DNA of 64,000 nt from Geopsychrobacteraceae bacterium. GTDB lineage: Bacteria > Desulfobacterota > Desulfuromonadia > Desulfuromonadales > Geopsychrobacteraceae. This document shows, piece after piece, positions 40,471-49,652 of the stretch. Location: NCBI GenBank assembly GCA_963676795.2, contig CAXXTB010000002.1, positions 1,760,001-1,824,000 on the forward strand, written 5' to 3'. Numbering within the stretch: position 1 is the first letter of the stretch; each line of letters starts with the position of its first letter. A program made the position numbers and the translations under genes. Below the pieces are notes generated by a model. The model saw only the letters and a program-made list of their open reading frames with translations. It was not told the DNA's origin and made no database searches.

Positions 40471-41535
40471 GTGCCATCGCTTGATTTTGAACAGGAGCGT
40501 CGAATTTTTCTCCAATATTACGACGACAACCGACAGCTGTTCGAAGAAGCTAAAAACGCTTTCATCAGCACCATCGCTTTGTTGCTTAAACAATCAAAGG
40601 TTGGTGAAGTCACAAAAATCGAAGGGCGGATAAAAAACAAGAACGAATGTATCAAAAAGTTCCATCGCAAATATCAAAGCAAGCTTGAAGCGGAAGAGAA
40701 AGTCTACCGGATTCAGGACTATATTTCCGATCTGATCGGTATTCGTATCATCTGCCTTTATGAAGATCAGATTGCTCAGGTGGCAGAGGTGTTAAAGCAA
40801 CATTTTCGGATTATTGATGTCACCGACAAAATTTCTGCGGTTGAAAGTACCGAAGACTTTTTCGGCTACAAAGGTCTACATATGGATTTGGCCCTGAGCA
40901 ATGAGTTGGCCACGCAAAAAAAATACCACCAGTTCATTGAGTTGCCGTTCGAACTGCAGATTCGCACATTGATCCAGGATGCCTGGAGCGTTCTGGATCA
41001 CAAGATCAAATATAAGAAATCCATTCCCAACGATTTGCGTCGCCGAATCAACGTTCTGTCAGCTCTGTTTGAATTAGCAGATCGCGAATTCAAGGAAATC
41101 CGTAATGCCACGGAGGAACTTTTAGAGAAAGCGACAGTCGCACCGATCAACGATACAGACGAAGGAACTACAGAGGCCGCATCAAGCAGCGATAAGGAAA
41201 TCAACGCCTTCAATTTCCTGCGTGTCGCCGGACACTTTTTCCGTGACTTCAATTTTGAAGACTTCAAAGTTGATGGCTTCGTCCAAGATATCCTGAAATT
41301 GAACAAGACCTTTGAAAAGGGTGATCTCCACCAGTGCTTGGTCGAAAATCTGAAGACGGTTCGTGAATATCAAGCCGAATTTCTTGCAGCAAACCCTGAA
41401 CGCAGCTTCAGCCCTTATACGGCAATTCGTCATTGCCTGTATCTCCATAATCCAAGTTCTTTTCAGCGCATTATTTCGCGAAGTGCTCGGGAGCGCTTTG
41501 AAGCCTGGCTGAACGCTGAGGAGGAATTCGATTGA
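40471..41535 (+). CDS. RelA/SpoT-domain small alarmone synthetase with C-terminal extension
   Basis: GRIK, DLIGIRI, GYKGLH, FELQIRT, WSVLDHKIKYK; no HD, TGS or ACT domains; GTG start with AAAGGAG RBS. Confidence 0.88.
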   Translation: MPSLDFEQERRIFLQYYDDNRQLFEEAKNAFISTIALLLKQSKVGEVTKIEGRIKNKNECIKKFHRKYQSKLEAEEKVYRIQDYISDLIGIRIICLYEDQIAQVAEVLKQHFRIIDVTDKISAVESTEDFFGYKGLHMDLALSNELATQKKYHQFIELPFELQIRTLIQDAWSVLDHKIKYKKSIPNDLRRRINVLSALFELADREFKEIRNATEELLEKATVAPINDTDEGTTEAASSSDKEINAFNFLRVAGHFFRDFNFEDFKVDGFVQDILKLNKTFEKGDLHQCLVENLKTVREYQAEFLAANPERSFSPYTAIRHCLYLHNPSSFQRIISRSARERFEAWLNAEEEFD

Positions 41536-41703
41536 TTTCAAACCCCTTGAAGAAGAAAAGCGTCGGCAATACTCCGCCGCCATGTTCGTGATGTTGCGTA
41601 ATTTACAGTCAACAGATCCTTTGAATTGCTAGGGTTATTGCAAAAGTCCAAGTGGAAAAGGCCTGACGATCCAGGTAGAATTACAGGGTCATAATCTGTA
41701 CTG

Positions 41704-41838
41704 ATGAGCGAAGTCGCCAGGGCCGCCGGAGTAACCCGGTCCAGCCTGTATAAATCCCTGTCTGAAGGGGGCATCCCCAGTTACATAACCATCAGCAAAG
41801 TCGTTAAGGCGCTGGGCTGCAAACTGGATGTAGCATAA
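41704..41838 (+). pseudogene. 5'-truncated addiction-module antidote HTH (HI1420-like) fragment
   Basis: MSEVARAAGVTRSSLYKSLSEGGIPSYITISKVVKALGCKLDVA* matches the C-terminal half of that family; in-frame TAA just upstream. Confidence 0.7.
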
Positions 41839-41879
41839 TCATCCCAGAAAAAGACAGGGCGCAAAGGCAGGTCATCACC

Positions 41880-42491
41880 TCATCTGTGATTCCCCCGCCC
41901 CGTTCTGTGGTCGGCTATATTCACCACCTTCGACCGATCGCCGGAAACCAGCGCCAGCAATGACTTCCGCCATTTTTCCCGCGGATAGAAATAATCTTTA
42001 TCGCCACCGCGTTTACGCAGCATGCCGTTGATCTTCTGCCCCAGGGCAAATTCTTCTGCGGCGGTTTCAGGCAGACGGCCATCGTGGTATTTGACCATAA
42101 TCTCCATTTCTTCACCGACCTGACGGATGTGGGCCTGAACGCTGCGGTCCAAGCCTTGCGCGACATTGATTATGGAGCAGCGTTGTTCGACGGCAGCAAT
42201 AAGTTTTTCATTCGGCCCCGGATGAGGAAGATCGCACAACCAGCTGGCTTCGGCGATGATGCGCGAGGTCAGCACCTTGTCAAACTGGGAGAAGTCCGGC
42301 TTTTTCAGCCCGAAAAAGATCAGGGCGTAGCGGCTCTGTTCTTCCATGACGATGACGCATTTCTTGCGTAGCAGGGTGATACGATGGGCGTACCAGTGCC
42401 ATGGGTTTTCACTCTTGTCGGAAAAGGGAAAGTCGTAGCCTGCTTTGTTCAGGTCATCTGCGAAGGTTTTGCTGGTATGAAGATGGTTCAC
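41880..42491 (-). CDS. Hypothetical protein, DUF6933-like
   Basis: HTSKTF...WHWYAHRITLLRKKCVIVMEEQSRYALIF...DRSVQAHI pattern; GTG start with GAGGA RBS. Confidence 0.6.
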   Translation of the reverse strand: MNHLHTSKTFADDLNKAGYDFPFSDKSENPWHWYAHRITLLRKKCVIVMEEQSRYALIFFGLKKPDFSQFDKVLTSRIIAEASWLCDLPHPGPNEKLIAAVEQRCSIINVAQGLDRSVQAHIRQVGEEMEIMVKYHDGRLPETAAEEFALGQKINGMLRKRGGDKDYFYPREKWRKSLLALVSGDRSKVVNIADHRTGRGNHR

Positions 42492-42635
42492 GCGATAATT
42501 CCTCTGCGCCCGTCGCCCGGGGCGGCTCAGTCTAAGAACCAACCACCGAGACGATTCGAAAATTATTTGCGATAGCGTCAAAGACAGCTGGTTCTACGAC
42601 AACCTGTTTCAAAAAGCCAAGGACAGAATCACTCC

Positions 42636-42917
42636 TCAGGCTGCGTCATGCTTTCTGATCAGATCGGTATCAATTTTTTTACGGGCTTCTTCCAGATCAT
42701 AGTCATCCTGTAAACCCAGCCAGAATTTGGCGCTTGTTCCGAAATACTGCCCCAGGCGTACTGCTGTGTCAGCGGTTATGGCTCGTTTTCCCAGAACAAT
42801 TTCGTTGATACGTCGTGGCGGCACGTTGACGGCCTTGGCAACTGCATTCTGGCTGAGACCCAGCGGTTTTATGAACTCCTCCAAAAGAATTTCACCCGGA
42901 TGGATATTGGTCAGCAT
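42636..42917 (-). CDS. higA: HigA family antitoxin
   Basis: IHPGEILLEEFIKPLGLSQNAVAKAVNVPPRRINEIVLGKRAITADTAVRL...FWLGLQDDYDL. Confidence 0.95.
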   Translation of the reverse strand: MLTNIHPGEILLEEFIKPLGLSQNAVAKAVNVPPRRINEIVLGKRAITADTAVRLGQYFGTSAKFWLGLQDDYDLEEARKKIDTDLIRKHDAA

Positions 42918-42928
42918 TTTTCTTCTCC

Positions 42929-43210
42929 TTAATGATAATCAACGATTTCCAGCGCAAATGCATTGCCTTCGTGCCAGCTAAAACAGATGCGATATTGGGC
43001 GTTAATACGGATGCTGTATTGCCCAGCGCGATCTCCTTTTAACGTTTCCAGTCGGTTGGCTGGAGGAATGCGAAGATCGTCCAGAGATTGTGCGTTGTTG
43101 ATCATTCTCAGCTTGCGTCGTGCGTTATTCTGAATATCCTGCGGCAAGCGTCTGGATCGCCGGCCGTCCCATATCGAGCTGGTTTCTTTGCAATTGAATG
43201 ACTTGATCAT
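42929..43210 (-). CDS. higB: HigB family (RelE-like) toxin
   Basis: MIKSF, ARRKL, DLRIPPANRLETLKGDRAGQYSIRINAQYRICF.W, EIVDYH. Confidence 0.95.
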   Translation of the reverse strand: MIKSFNCKETSSIWDGRRSRRLPQDIQNNARRKLRMINNAQSLDDLRIPPANRLETLKGDRAGQYSIRINAQYRICFSWHEGNAFALEIVDYH

Positions 43211-43217
43211 GTTCTTG

Positions 43218-43255
43218 AGTGTAACAAGCGCCTGATCATAACGCAAGACGTTATG
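43218..43255 (-). promoter_or_regulatory. higBA promoter with operator palindrome
   Basis: Minus strand TTGCGT-17 nt-TACACT with extended TG; CATAACG-N5-CGTTATG (43237-43255) overlaps the -35. Confidence 0.75.
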
Positions 43256-43491
43256 CTTTTGCCGGTCGCCGCGCCGCAGGCGAAATTTTTAAGGGTTCGC
43301 CGGCTTAGGGTCTGTGCGTATGTCTGCACGCGTCCCTCCCTCAGCCCGAATACAGGCCATCGGCAGCCATCCGTGCCTGTTCGAGGGCGACCAGGGCGGC
43401 CAGGATTTCACTGATTTTGGCTTCGCGGCGTTTTTAAACTCCCCTTTAAGCTGGGCAGCGCTGACCGGGCTCCCTTGCTGCACCAGGGCAG

Positions 43492-43528
43492 AAGATCCTA
43501 TAGGGGTCAAGATCCTATAGGGGTCAAG
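43492..43528 (+). repeat. 17-bp tandem duplication
   Basis: AAGATCCTATAGGGGTC x2 followed by AAG. Confidence 0.85.
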
Positions 43529-43548
43529 TCTTCTCTTGGCTTTATCAA

Positions 43549-44835
43549 TCAAACTTGATCTTTATTTTCCTTCTGCCACTCCTGCAAAACATTACCAATA
43601 ATCCCGAAATGGCCCGGAGCACGAACGACTTCTCGATATCCCGGAACAGCTCCTACCCACTTGCCTAATCGAACGTTGGGTTTCTGAGTGAGATAAAGGG
43701 TGGGCAAACCCATCAGCGCCGGGCCGTCCATACCGGCCGTAGTCACGCCAATCTGGCCAACCAGGCCATGGTGGAGCCTCAGCTCTTCAAACAGTTGCAG
43801 CTGCGCCCGGCGCATGTCCGGCCCCTGGAACAGTGGCTCCTTCCAGCACAGGGTCAGGTTGACTGCATTTGGCAGGACGATATCTGCGGGAACAGCATCG
43901 CCAAAAAAGACGGGAGTGAGCCCGGCAGCAATGACCAGTTCAGCAAGCTGGCGCAGTTCAGCGAAACAGGTATTGCGACCGGCATCGTGATCACCTGACC
44001 GGACCCAAAGCAACACTTTCTGTTGTGGCTGTCTTCCAACCTTGCTGTCGATCCATGATCTCAAGGAAAGTGATGGCGCTTCACCTCCTAAAAACGCTGC
44101 GCGCAGGGTGCGCTGCGCTTTTAAAGCATCGGCGTGAAACGCCTCCGCAATGATATGGGTCAGATGCTTGGGACTGGCCGGACGCGACCGATACGGACGC
44201 AAGGCCCCTGCCAACCCGGCATCACAGAGGAAGCGTCTGGCCTGCTCTTGCTGGACAGCACCGGGACGGATCTGAATGGAAAGCCCGGCAAACAGGGCCG
44301 CAGCGGCCAGATACCAGCCTTCACCAAAGGAAAAACCGGGATCGGCATGAAAGGTGTAGGCACTGTTGCGCTCTGTGACGATTGTCCTGGCGGCTTGTGC
44401 GGCAACTTCAGCCCTGTGAGCAAGTGCTCTGGCTTTGGCCGTATCAAGCATCTGGGCGAAACGTGCGACCTGCGCTGCGGCCTCTTCTGCAGCGGCAACA
44501 ATCTCCTCAACGCGCTGCCAGCCGTCTTCGCAATCGGCCAGGGTGGGCGCCCGCTGAGATCCGCGCGAGAGCTGCCCGGCACCATAGCGCGCATCCTCCG
44601 CCCTTGCGGCCTGAGCCTGAACCAACAGCCCGAGGAGTAGCCCGAGCTCCTGCCTATCCACCACGTTATCTAATGCCCTTGTGGCCAGCAGCACAACCTG
44701 TTCCAGCCGCGAGCGATAGTCATCACGCACACCGGACAGATGCAGCGTTCCCTGCAATGCTGTGGCCTCAGTCAGCAGTGTAGCGGCCTCTTGTACGAGC
44801 CCTCCGCCACCGGATTCTTCAGGACGTAATGTCAC
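43549..44835 (-). CDS. Hypothetical protein, C-terminal half glycosyltransferase (GT-B)-like
   Basis: 428-aa ORF with GTGA overlap to the epimerase. KVLLWVR...RN and QIGVTTAGMDGPALMGLPTLYL loosely resemble GT9-like donor-binding segments. Confidence 0.55.
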   Translation of the reverse strand: MTLRPEESGGGGLVQEAATLLTEATALQGTLHLSGVRDDYRSRLEQVVLLATRALDNVVDRQELGLLLGLLVQAQAARAEDARYGAGQLSRGSQRAPTLADCEDGWQRVEEIVAAAEEAAAQVARFAQMLDTAKARALAHRAEVAAQAARTIVTERNSAYTFHADPGFSFGEGWYLAAAALFAGLSIQIRPGAVQQEQARRFLCDAGLAGALRPYRSRPASPKHLTHIIAEAFHADALKAQRTLRAAFLGGEAPSLSLRSWIDSKVGRQPQQKVLLWVRSGDHDAGRNTCFAELRQLAELVIAAGLTPVFFGDAVPADIVLPNAVNLTLCWKEPLFQGPDMRRAQLQLFEELRLHHGLVGQIGVTTAGMDGPALMGLPTLYLTQKPNVRLGKWVGAVPGYREVVRAPGHFGIIGNVLQEWQKENKDQV

Positions 44836-45854
44836 AGGATCTTCTTCGACCAGGTTTTCGGCGCGGTCGGCCCGTCTATCTCCAATTCCACATTATGTAG
44901 AAATGGACGGGGGCCGCGGGATTTGATCCAGTCGATCATCACGGCCAAGCCTTCTTCGAGCTTCACCTGCGGCTGGTAATCGAGCAGTCGCCGCGCTTTG
45001 TCAGCACTGCAGTTGGCAAAGTAGACCTCCTGGGGTCGTCCAGCGATGCGTTGCGGCTGCAGATCAAAATCTAGGAGCCGGGCGATCATGACGGCCAGCT
45101 CGTTGATGGTGACAAACTCATCGTCGGGACCGATATTGATCACTTCCGAGGCGCAGCACTCGTCTGTCGCCATACGCAGTAGCGGATCGACCACATCGGA
45201 GACGAAACTGAAACAGCGCTTCTGATTCCCGTCGCCGTAGACATAGGGCTGACGCCCCTGCAGCATCATATTGATGAAGATAGCGGCCACGTTGCGATAA
45301 GGATCATCGTAGCGCTGGCGCGGGCCGATGATGTTGTGCGGAACCGCCACCACCCACTCCATCCCGTGGGTTTCGGCAATATTGGCCAGCAGCCGTTCGG
45401 CACTCCATTTGGCGATGCCATAGGGATCCTGAGGAGCCGGCACCATCTCCTCCCGAAACGGAACCTCATTGGTGCCGTACCTGGCCATCGACGAACAGAG
45501 CACGAAGCGCTTAACCCCTGCGGCCGCGGCCGCGGACACAACACCGGTGGTTGCCGTGACAACATTCTGAGAGACCAGATGCGGGCTGAAAACCGAGAGA
45601 CCTTCATAGGCTGTGGCCGCACAGTGATAAACGATATCGACGCCTTTCATCACCGGGGCAAGACGCGCAAAATCATTGCAGTCGATCTGATGAAACTCAG
45701 CACCAGTCGGAACATTGTCCGGGTAGCCACCCTTCAGATTGTCACAGCCGGCGACCCGGTACCCTTCAGCCAGACACCTGTCGGCGATATGGCTGCCTAA
45801 AAAGCCTGCTATACCCGTTATGAAAATTCGTTTTTTTTTGCTCAATTGAAACAC
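44832..45854 (-). CDS. NAD-dependent epimerase/dehydratase (extended SDR)
   Basis: ITGIAGFLGSH, YHCAA, SSMARYG, catalytic YGIAK, NIIGPRQ, GDGNQKRCFSFVSD. Confidence 0.93.
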   Translation of the reverse strand: MFQLSKKKRIFITGIAGFLGSHIADRCLAEGYRVAGCDNLKGGYPDNVPTGAEFHQIDCNDFARLAPVMKGVDIVYHCAATAYEGLSVFSPHLVSQNVVTATTGVVSAAAAAGVKRFVLCSSMARYGTNEVPFREEMVPAPQDPYGIAKWSAERLLANIAETHGMEWVVAVPHNIIGPRQRYDDPYRNVAAIFINMMLQGRQPYVYGDGNQKRCFSFVSDVVDPLLRMATDECCASEVINIGPDDEFVTINELAVMIARLLDFDLQPQRIAGRPQEVYFANCSADKARRLLDYQPQVKLEEGLAVMIDWIKSRGPRPFLHNVELEIDGPTAPKTWSKKIL

Positions 45855-46167
45855 ACCATGCTTAATATTTTATGACTAGAGCTTTGGGGAGAGTATTTTT
45901 AGCACATTCCTGGCTTATACCATAAGCTATAAAACCGCTGCCACCTTAGATGCTGGTGACGGAGAAGCGGCCCGGCCAGAGATCTTCAATAGCATCGAAA
46001 TGTCTTGAGATCGCATTCTGCGGCATGGAAATAATAAGAGTCTGCCACCTGCTGAATGGATTAAGTGGCACTTTGACCAGTTTGGAAGGAGCTAAATTAA
46101 TTTGGCACTCAGCTCTTCAAAATCTGGGATAGACAACATCTATTGACTAAAAAAGCCCAGACTCTGT

Positions 46168-47346
46168 TCACAAAAGCTGCTTCAATACAGCAATAAACTG
46201 ATCTATCTCTTCAAAAGTATTGTAATAATGCGGTGAAGCTCGCAATAAAATTGGAGACTGATGAATCTCAAAACTGACCGGGTTCGCAGAGAACGATACG
46301 GTCGAAGTATTAATTTTCCGGCGAGCAAACTGCTGTTGCAACTGATCCGCAGACAGCTGGTCACAAAAAAATGTGACTATGCCACACTGCTCCCCCCCCC
46401 GATCCGTCACTGTTACGCCGTCGATCCTGACTAATTCCTGACGCAATGTCGACGCAAGCATCCTGATCCGCTCGCTGATTTGTTCAAGCCCCCAAGCGAG
46501 GGCATAGTCGATGGCAACCCCCAAAGCCAGCTGTGCAGCATAGTTACGCTCCCAGCACTCAAAACGTTTTGCATCGCTTCGTAACTGGTAGCTTTGGGCC
46601 GAAAGCAATTGTGCCGCGTGATGGTTGAGCTGGCTTGGTTCCAGTTGCTCGAGCAGCGTACGACGAACATAGAGCAAACCAGTACCTCGCGGTCCGCGTA
46701 AGAATTTGCGACCGGTGCCACACAAGAGGTCGCAGCCAATCTGTTCAACATCGACCGGCATCTGGCCAAGGGCCTGACAGGCATCCAGCAGATATGGAAT
46801 ACCAGCTTCATTTGTGACCTTACCAACCTCGGCAGCAGGATTGACCAGGCCGCCACCAGAAGGAACCTGAGTAAGGCAGATCAGCTTAACGCGACTATCG
46901 ATCCGATTTTTTAGCTGTTTGATATCGATCTTGCCTGACGGGTCATCGGCCACTAAGGTGATTTCAACCCCGACACGTTTGGCTTGGTGCAACATGGCGA
47001 CCAGGCTGCTTCCATATTCTGCCCTACTAGCGAGAATCCGGTCTCCAGGACGAAAATCGAAGGCATAAAAGGCGGCGTTCCATGCTCGCGTAGCACTGTC
47101 AGTAAAAGCGATTTCGTCACTGGTACAGTTCAAAAGCTGTGCCGCAGCAGCATAAAAATGTTCCAGCTCTGCTGCTCGCCGAGCCATGACTTCGTAACCG
47201 CCCTGCTCTTCTTCCTCGTGTAAATAATTGTAGAAAGCATCCGCCACCGGAGCTGGGGTCAAGGAGGCACCGGCGTTGTTGAAATGGATACGCTCTTCAC
47301 AACCACGTGTTTCGCGCCGAGCACGCGCAACATCAAATGGCCGCAT
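46168..47346 (-). CDS. Class V PLP-dependent enzyme (SufS/EgtE-like C-S lyase)
   Basis: HFNNAGAS, DSATRAW, LDACQALGQ, GTGRKFLRGPRGTG (PLP Lys), RASPHYYNT; TGATG overlap with ovoA. Confidence 0.88.
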   Translation of the reverse strand: MRPFDVARARRETRGCEERIHFNNAGASLTPAPVADAFYNYLHEEEEQGGYEVMARRAAELEHFYAAAAQLLNCTSDEIAFTDSATRAWNAAFYAFDFRPGDRILASRAEYGSSLVAMLHQAKRVGVEITLVADDPSGKIDIKQLKNRIDSRVKLICLTQVPSGGGLVNPAAEVGKVTNEAGIPYLLDACQALGQMPVDVEQIGCDLLCGTGRKFLRGPRGTGLLYVRRTLLEQLEPSQLNHHAAQLLSAQSYQLRSDAKRFECWERNYAAQLALGVAIDYALAWGLEQISERIRMLASTLRQELVRIDGVTVTDRGGEQCGIVTFFCDQLSADQLQQQFARRKINTSTVSFSANPVSFEIHQSPILLRASPHYYNTFEEIDQFIAVLKQLL

Positions 47347-49454
47347 CAAGACAGTCTCTCCCAGATGGTGACCTGTGAGACAGTATGCTGAAACTTACGC
47401 GCCGTTTCACGGATCACAAATTCCACATCGCGTGGTTGTGCGAGCAAGCGGAATTGACTGCAGAGCTGCTCCTTGAGGCCGTCCAGGGTCGTGAACGGTT
47501 CACCGGCGATACGGAGTCCGCCGATCCAATTCTCCTTTCGGGTAAACTCTTCCAGCCAGGTGTAGGGCGAAGCGATGACCAGCAGCCCGCCAGGACGCAC
47601 ACGGTCATGAATAGTCGTTAAAAACTGCGCCGGATCATAGAGACGATCAAGCAGGTTCGCTGCCAGAACCAGATCGTAGTCGGTAAACTGCGGCTTCAGG
47701 TTGTGCGCATCCCCTTGTAAAAACTCTATCTTGCCGGCATGGTCAGCCAAACCCAACTCACTCAGGCCGACCTCATGAAAAGAGACAATCTCACCCTCTT
47801 CGGGCAGCTGGTAATGGGTGACACCCTTTTCTTGCAACTGGTGAGCAATACGGATAAAACGTGCCGAGAAATCGATGCCTGTGACAAAATCAAAATGTTT
47901 GGCCAACTCGAAACTGGCACGGCCGACCGCGCAACCAAGATCAAGTGCGCGTTGTTTAGGCCGCTCTGCCACGGCACCAAGACAGATTCTCACCACCTGT
48001 GCCGGAAAGTTTGCTACACCGAATTTATCCGGGCCAAAATGGGCGTCACAATACTGGGCCACGGAATCGTCAGTTTCATACATCGCTTCAACAGTTTCCA
48101 ATTCCTGTTCTGCAGCAACATAGCGAAAACCTGCATGCTGGAAGAAGTGCCTGCGAAACGCGTAACGTGAATCTCTGGTGGCCTCGTTGCCGGTGGAAAT
48201 CCACGAGCCACCCTTGATCAGATTATGCTGAGTATCAAACGTCGGCGTTGAAAAATCGTCGTAGCATGGGTGCACTTCGAAGCCAGTGAAACCGCAGATC
48301 GGCGTTTCGGTCCACTGCCAGACATTACCGATCAGATCGAAGAAATCACCAAAAGGAAAACGGTTGACCGGACAGGAAGAGGCCCAGTATTCGAGGTTAA
48401 TATTGCCCGGAGCGCGTTCCCAGTAGGGCTGATCGGGAATGTCATGCAAATCGTGCAATCTGTACCATTCGTCTTCGGTCGGCAAACGGATCGGCAGACC
48501 ACTCCCATTGGCCTTCCAGTTACAGAACGCTTTGGCTTCGAGGTAGTTCACCTCAACCGGCCAGTCCCAGGGCATGGGGATTTCCCGGGCCATGGTTCGC
48601 AAGCGATAACCAAAGCCATCTTTGATCCAAAATAGTGGCTGCTCTGCCTTGCTGAACTCCAGCCAACGCTGCCCTTCAGCAGTCCACCAGCCCTTACTTC
48701 GGTAACCGCCAGCCTCGACAAACTGCATGAATTCCTGATTTGAAACCAGATATTTGGCGGCCTGAAAATCATCGACATGAAACTGGTGATGACCATACTC
48801 ATTATCCCAGCCGTAAAGGGGATGATCTTTCCTTTTGCCAAGAATGACATCGCCCCCGGCAACCGACAGCAGTTGATTGGATGGCGCCGGCCCGGTTTCT
48901 TCGCAAATCTCCCAGAGCGGCAGCTGACGCACCTGATCGAGCGGCAAACGACGAATAATCACAGATGATGTTTCCAGGTGAATGCGCGAATGTTCGATCC
49001 CCATCATGATGGCCCAGAACGGGTTCTCCCAATCGACAGGCAGTGTGAGCGGCAGAGTCTCGATCAGTTGATCCACAAGGGCACGCACCTGGTCACGGTA
49101 GGCCTTGACATCAGCGACACTTGGCCAATCGTAGTTTTCATCATTCAGATCGTCCCACGACATCTCGTCAACACCGATGGCAAACATCGCCTCGTAATGT
49201 GGGTTGATGCGCTCATCAATAATCTTGGCGACAACCAGCTTGTTAACGTAAAAAACAGCCGTATGGCCCAAATAGAAAATCAGCGGGTGACGCAACGGTT
49301 CTGGGCGCAGATAGAACGCATCATCATGAGCCAGAGTGTCGTAAAGCTGCTCATCGATAGTGAAAGACTTGTGAAAATAATCACGGATTTCGTTCCGTTT
49401 ATCCTCGACTGCTCCTTCATTGAGAACAATGGTCTGAGTTTTACGAAGTTCCAT
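47346..49454 (-). CDS. ovoA: 5-histidylcysteine sulfoxide synthase / methyltransferase (ovothiol biosynthesis)
   Basis: LRHPLIFYLGHTA, AIGVDEMSWDDL, iron motif EHSRIHLETS, FGE-sulfatase-like domain, RYAFRRHFFQHAGFRY, C-terminal SAM MTase ALDLGCAVGR...SPYTWLEE. Confidence 0.93.
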   Translation of the reverse strand: MELRKTQTIVLNEGAVEDKRNEIRDYFHKSFTIDEQLYDTLAHDDAFYLRPEPLRHPLIFYLGHTAVFYVNKLVVAKIIDERINPHYEAMFAIGVDEMSWDDLNDENYDWPSVADVKAYRDQVRALVDQLIETLPLTLPVDWENPFWAIMMGIEHSRIHLETSSVIIRRLPLDQVRQLPLWEICEETGPAPSNQLLSVAGGDVILGKRKDHPLYGWDNEYGHHQFHVDDFQAAKYLVSNQEFMQFVEAGGYRSKGWWTAEGQRWLEFSKAEQPLFWIKDGFGYRLRTMAREIPMPWDWPVEVNYLEAKAFCNWKANGSGLPIRLPTEDEWYRLHDLHDIPDQPYWERAPGNINLEYWASSCPVNRFPFGDFFDLIGNVWQWTETPICGFTGFEVHPCYDDFSTPTFDTQHNLIKGGSWISTGNEATRDSRYAFRRHFFQHAGFRYVAAEQELETVEAMYETDDSVAQYCDAHFGPDKFGVANFPAQVVRICLGAVAERPKQRALDLGCAVGRASFELAKHFDFVTGIDFSARFIRIAHQLQEKGVTHYQLPEEGEIVSFHEVGLSELGLADHAGKIEFLQGDAHNLKPQFTDYDLVLAANLLDRLYDPAQFLTTIHDRVRPGGLLVIASPYTWLEEFTRKENWIGGLRIAGEPFTTLDGLKEQLCSQFRLLAQPRDVEFVIRETARKFQHTVSQVTIWERLS

Positions 49455-49652
49455 AGCATTTCCTTTGTCTGCTCATGACCCTGTAGATTTCTCATTATAT
49501 CAAAACCACAGACGATTATTGAAGATCTGAATGGGTTCGCAAGCTGCGAAGATATAATGTGTGAAAATTTAACTCTGCATCAGCAAAATCAGCTAACATG
49601 TATGTGTAGTTGGTAAAGCTCGACAACTTTATGCCAGTCATGGATCGATAAG

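Noticed and set aside
43289..43552. 87-aa and 68-aa ORFs between higB and the GT-like gene
   Set aside because: No RBS or motifs, and they run through repeat-like DNA.
47346..49454. Selenium variant (ovoselenol or selenoneine) pathway
   Set aside because: No selenophosphate synthetase or selenosugar synthase gene nearby; canonical OvoA architecture and Tyr are retained.
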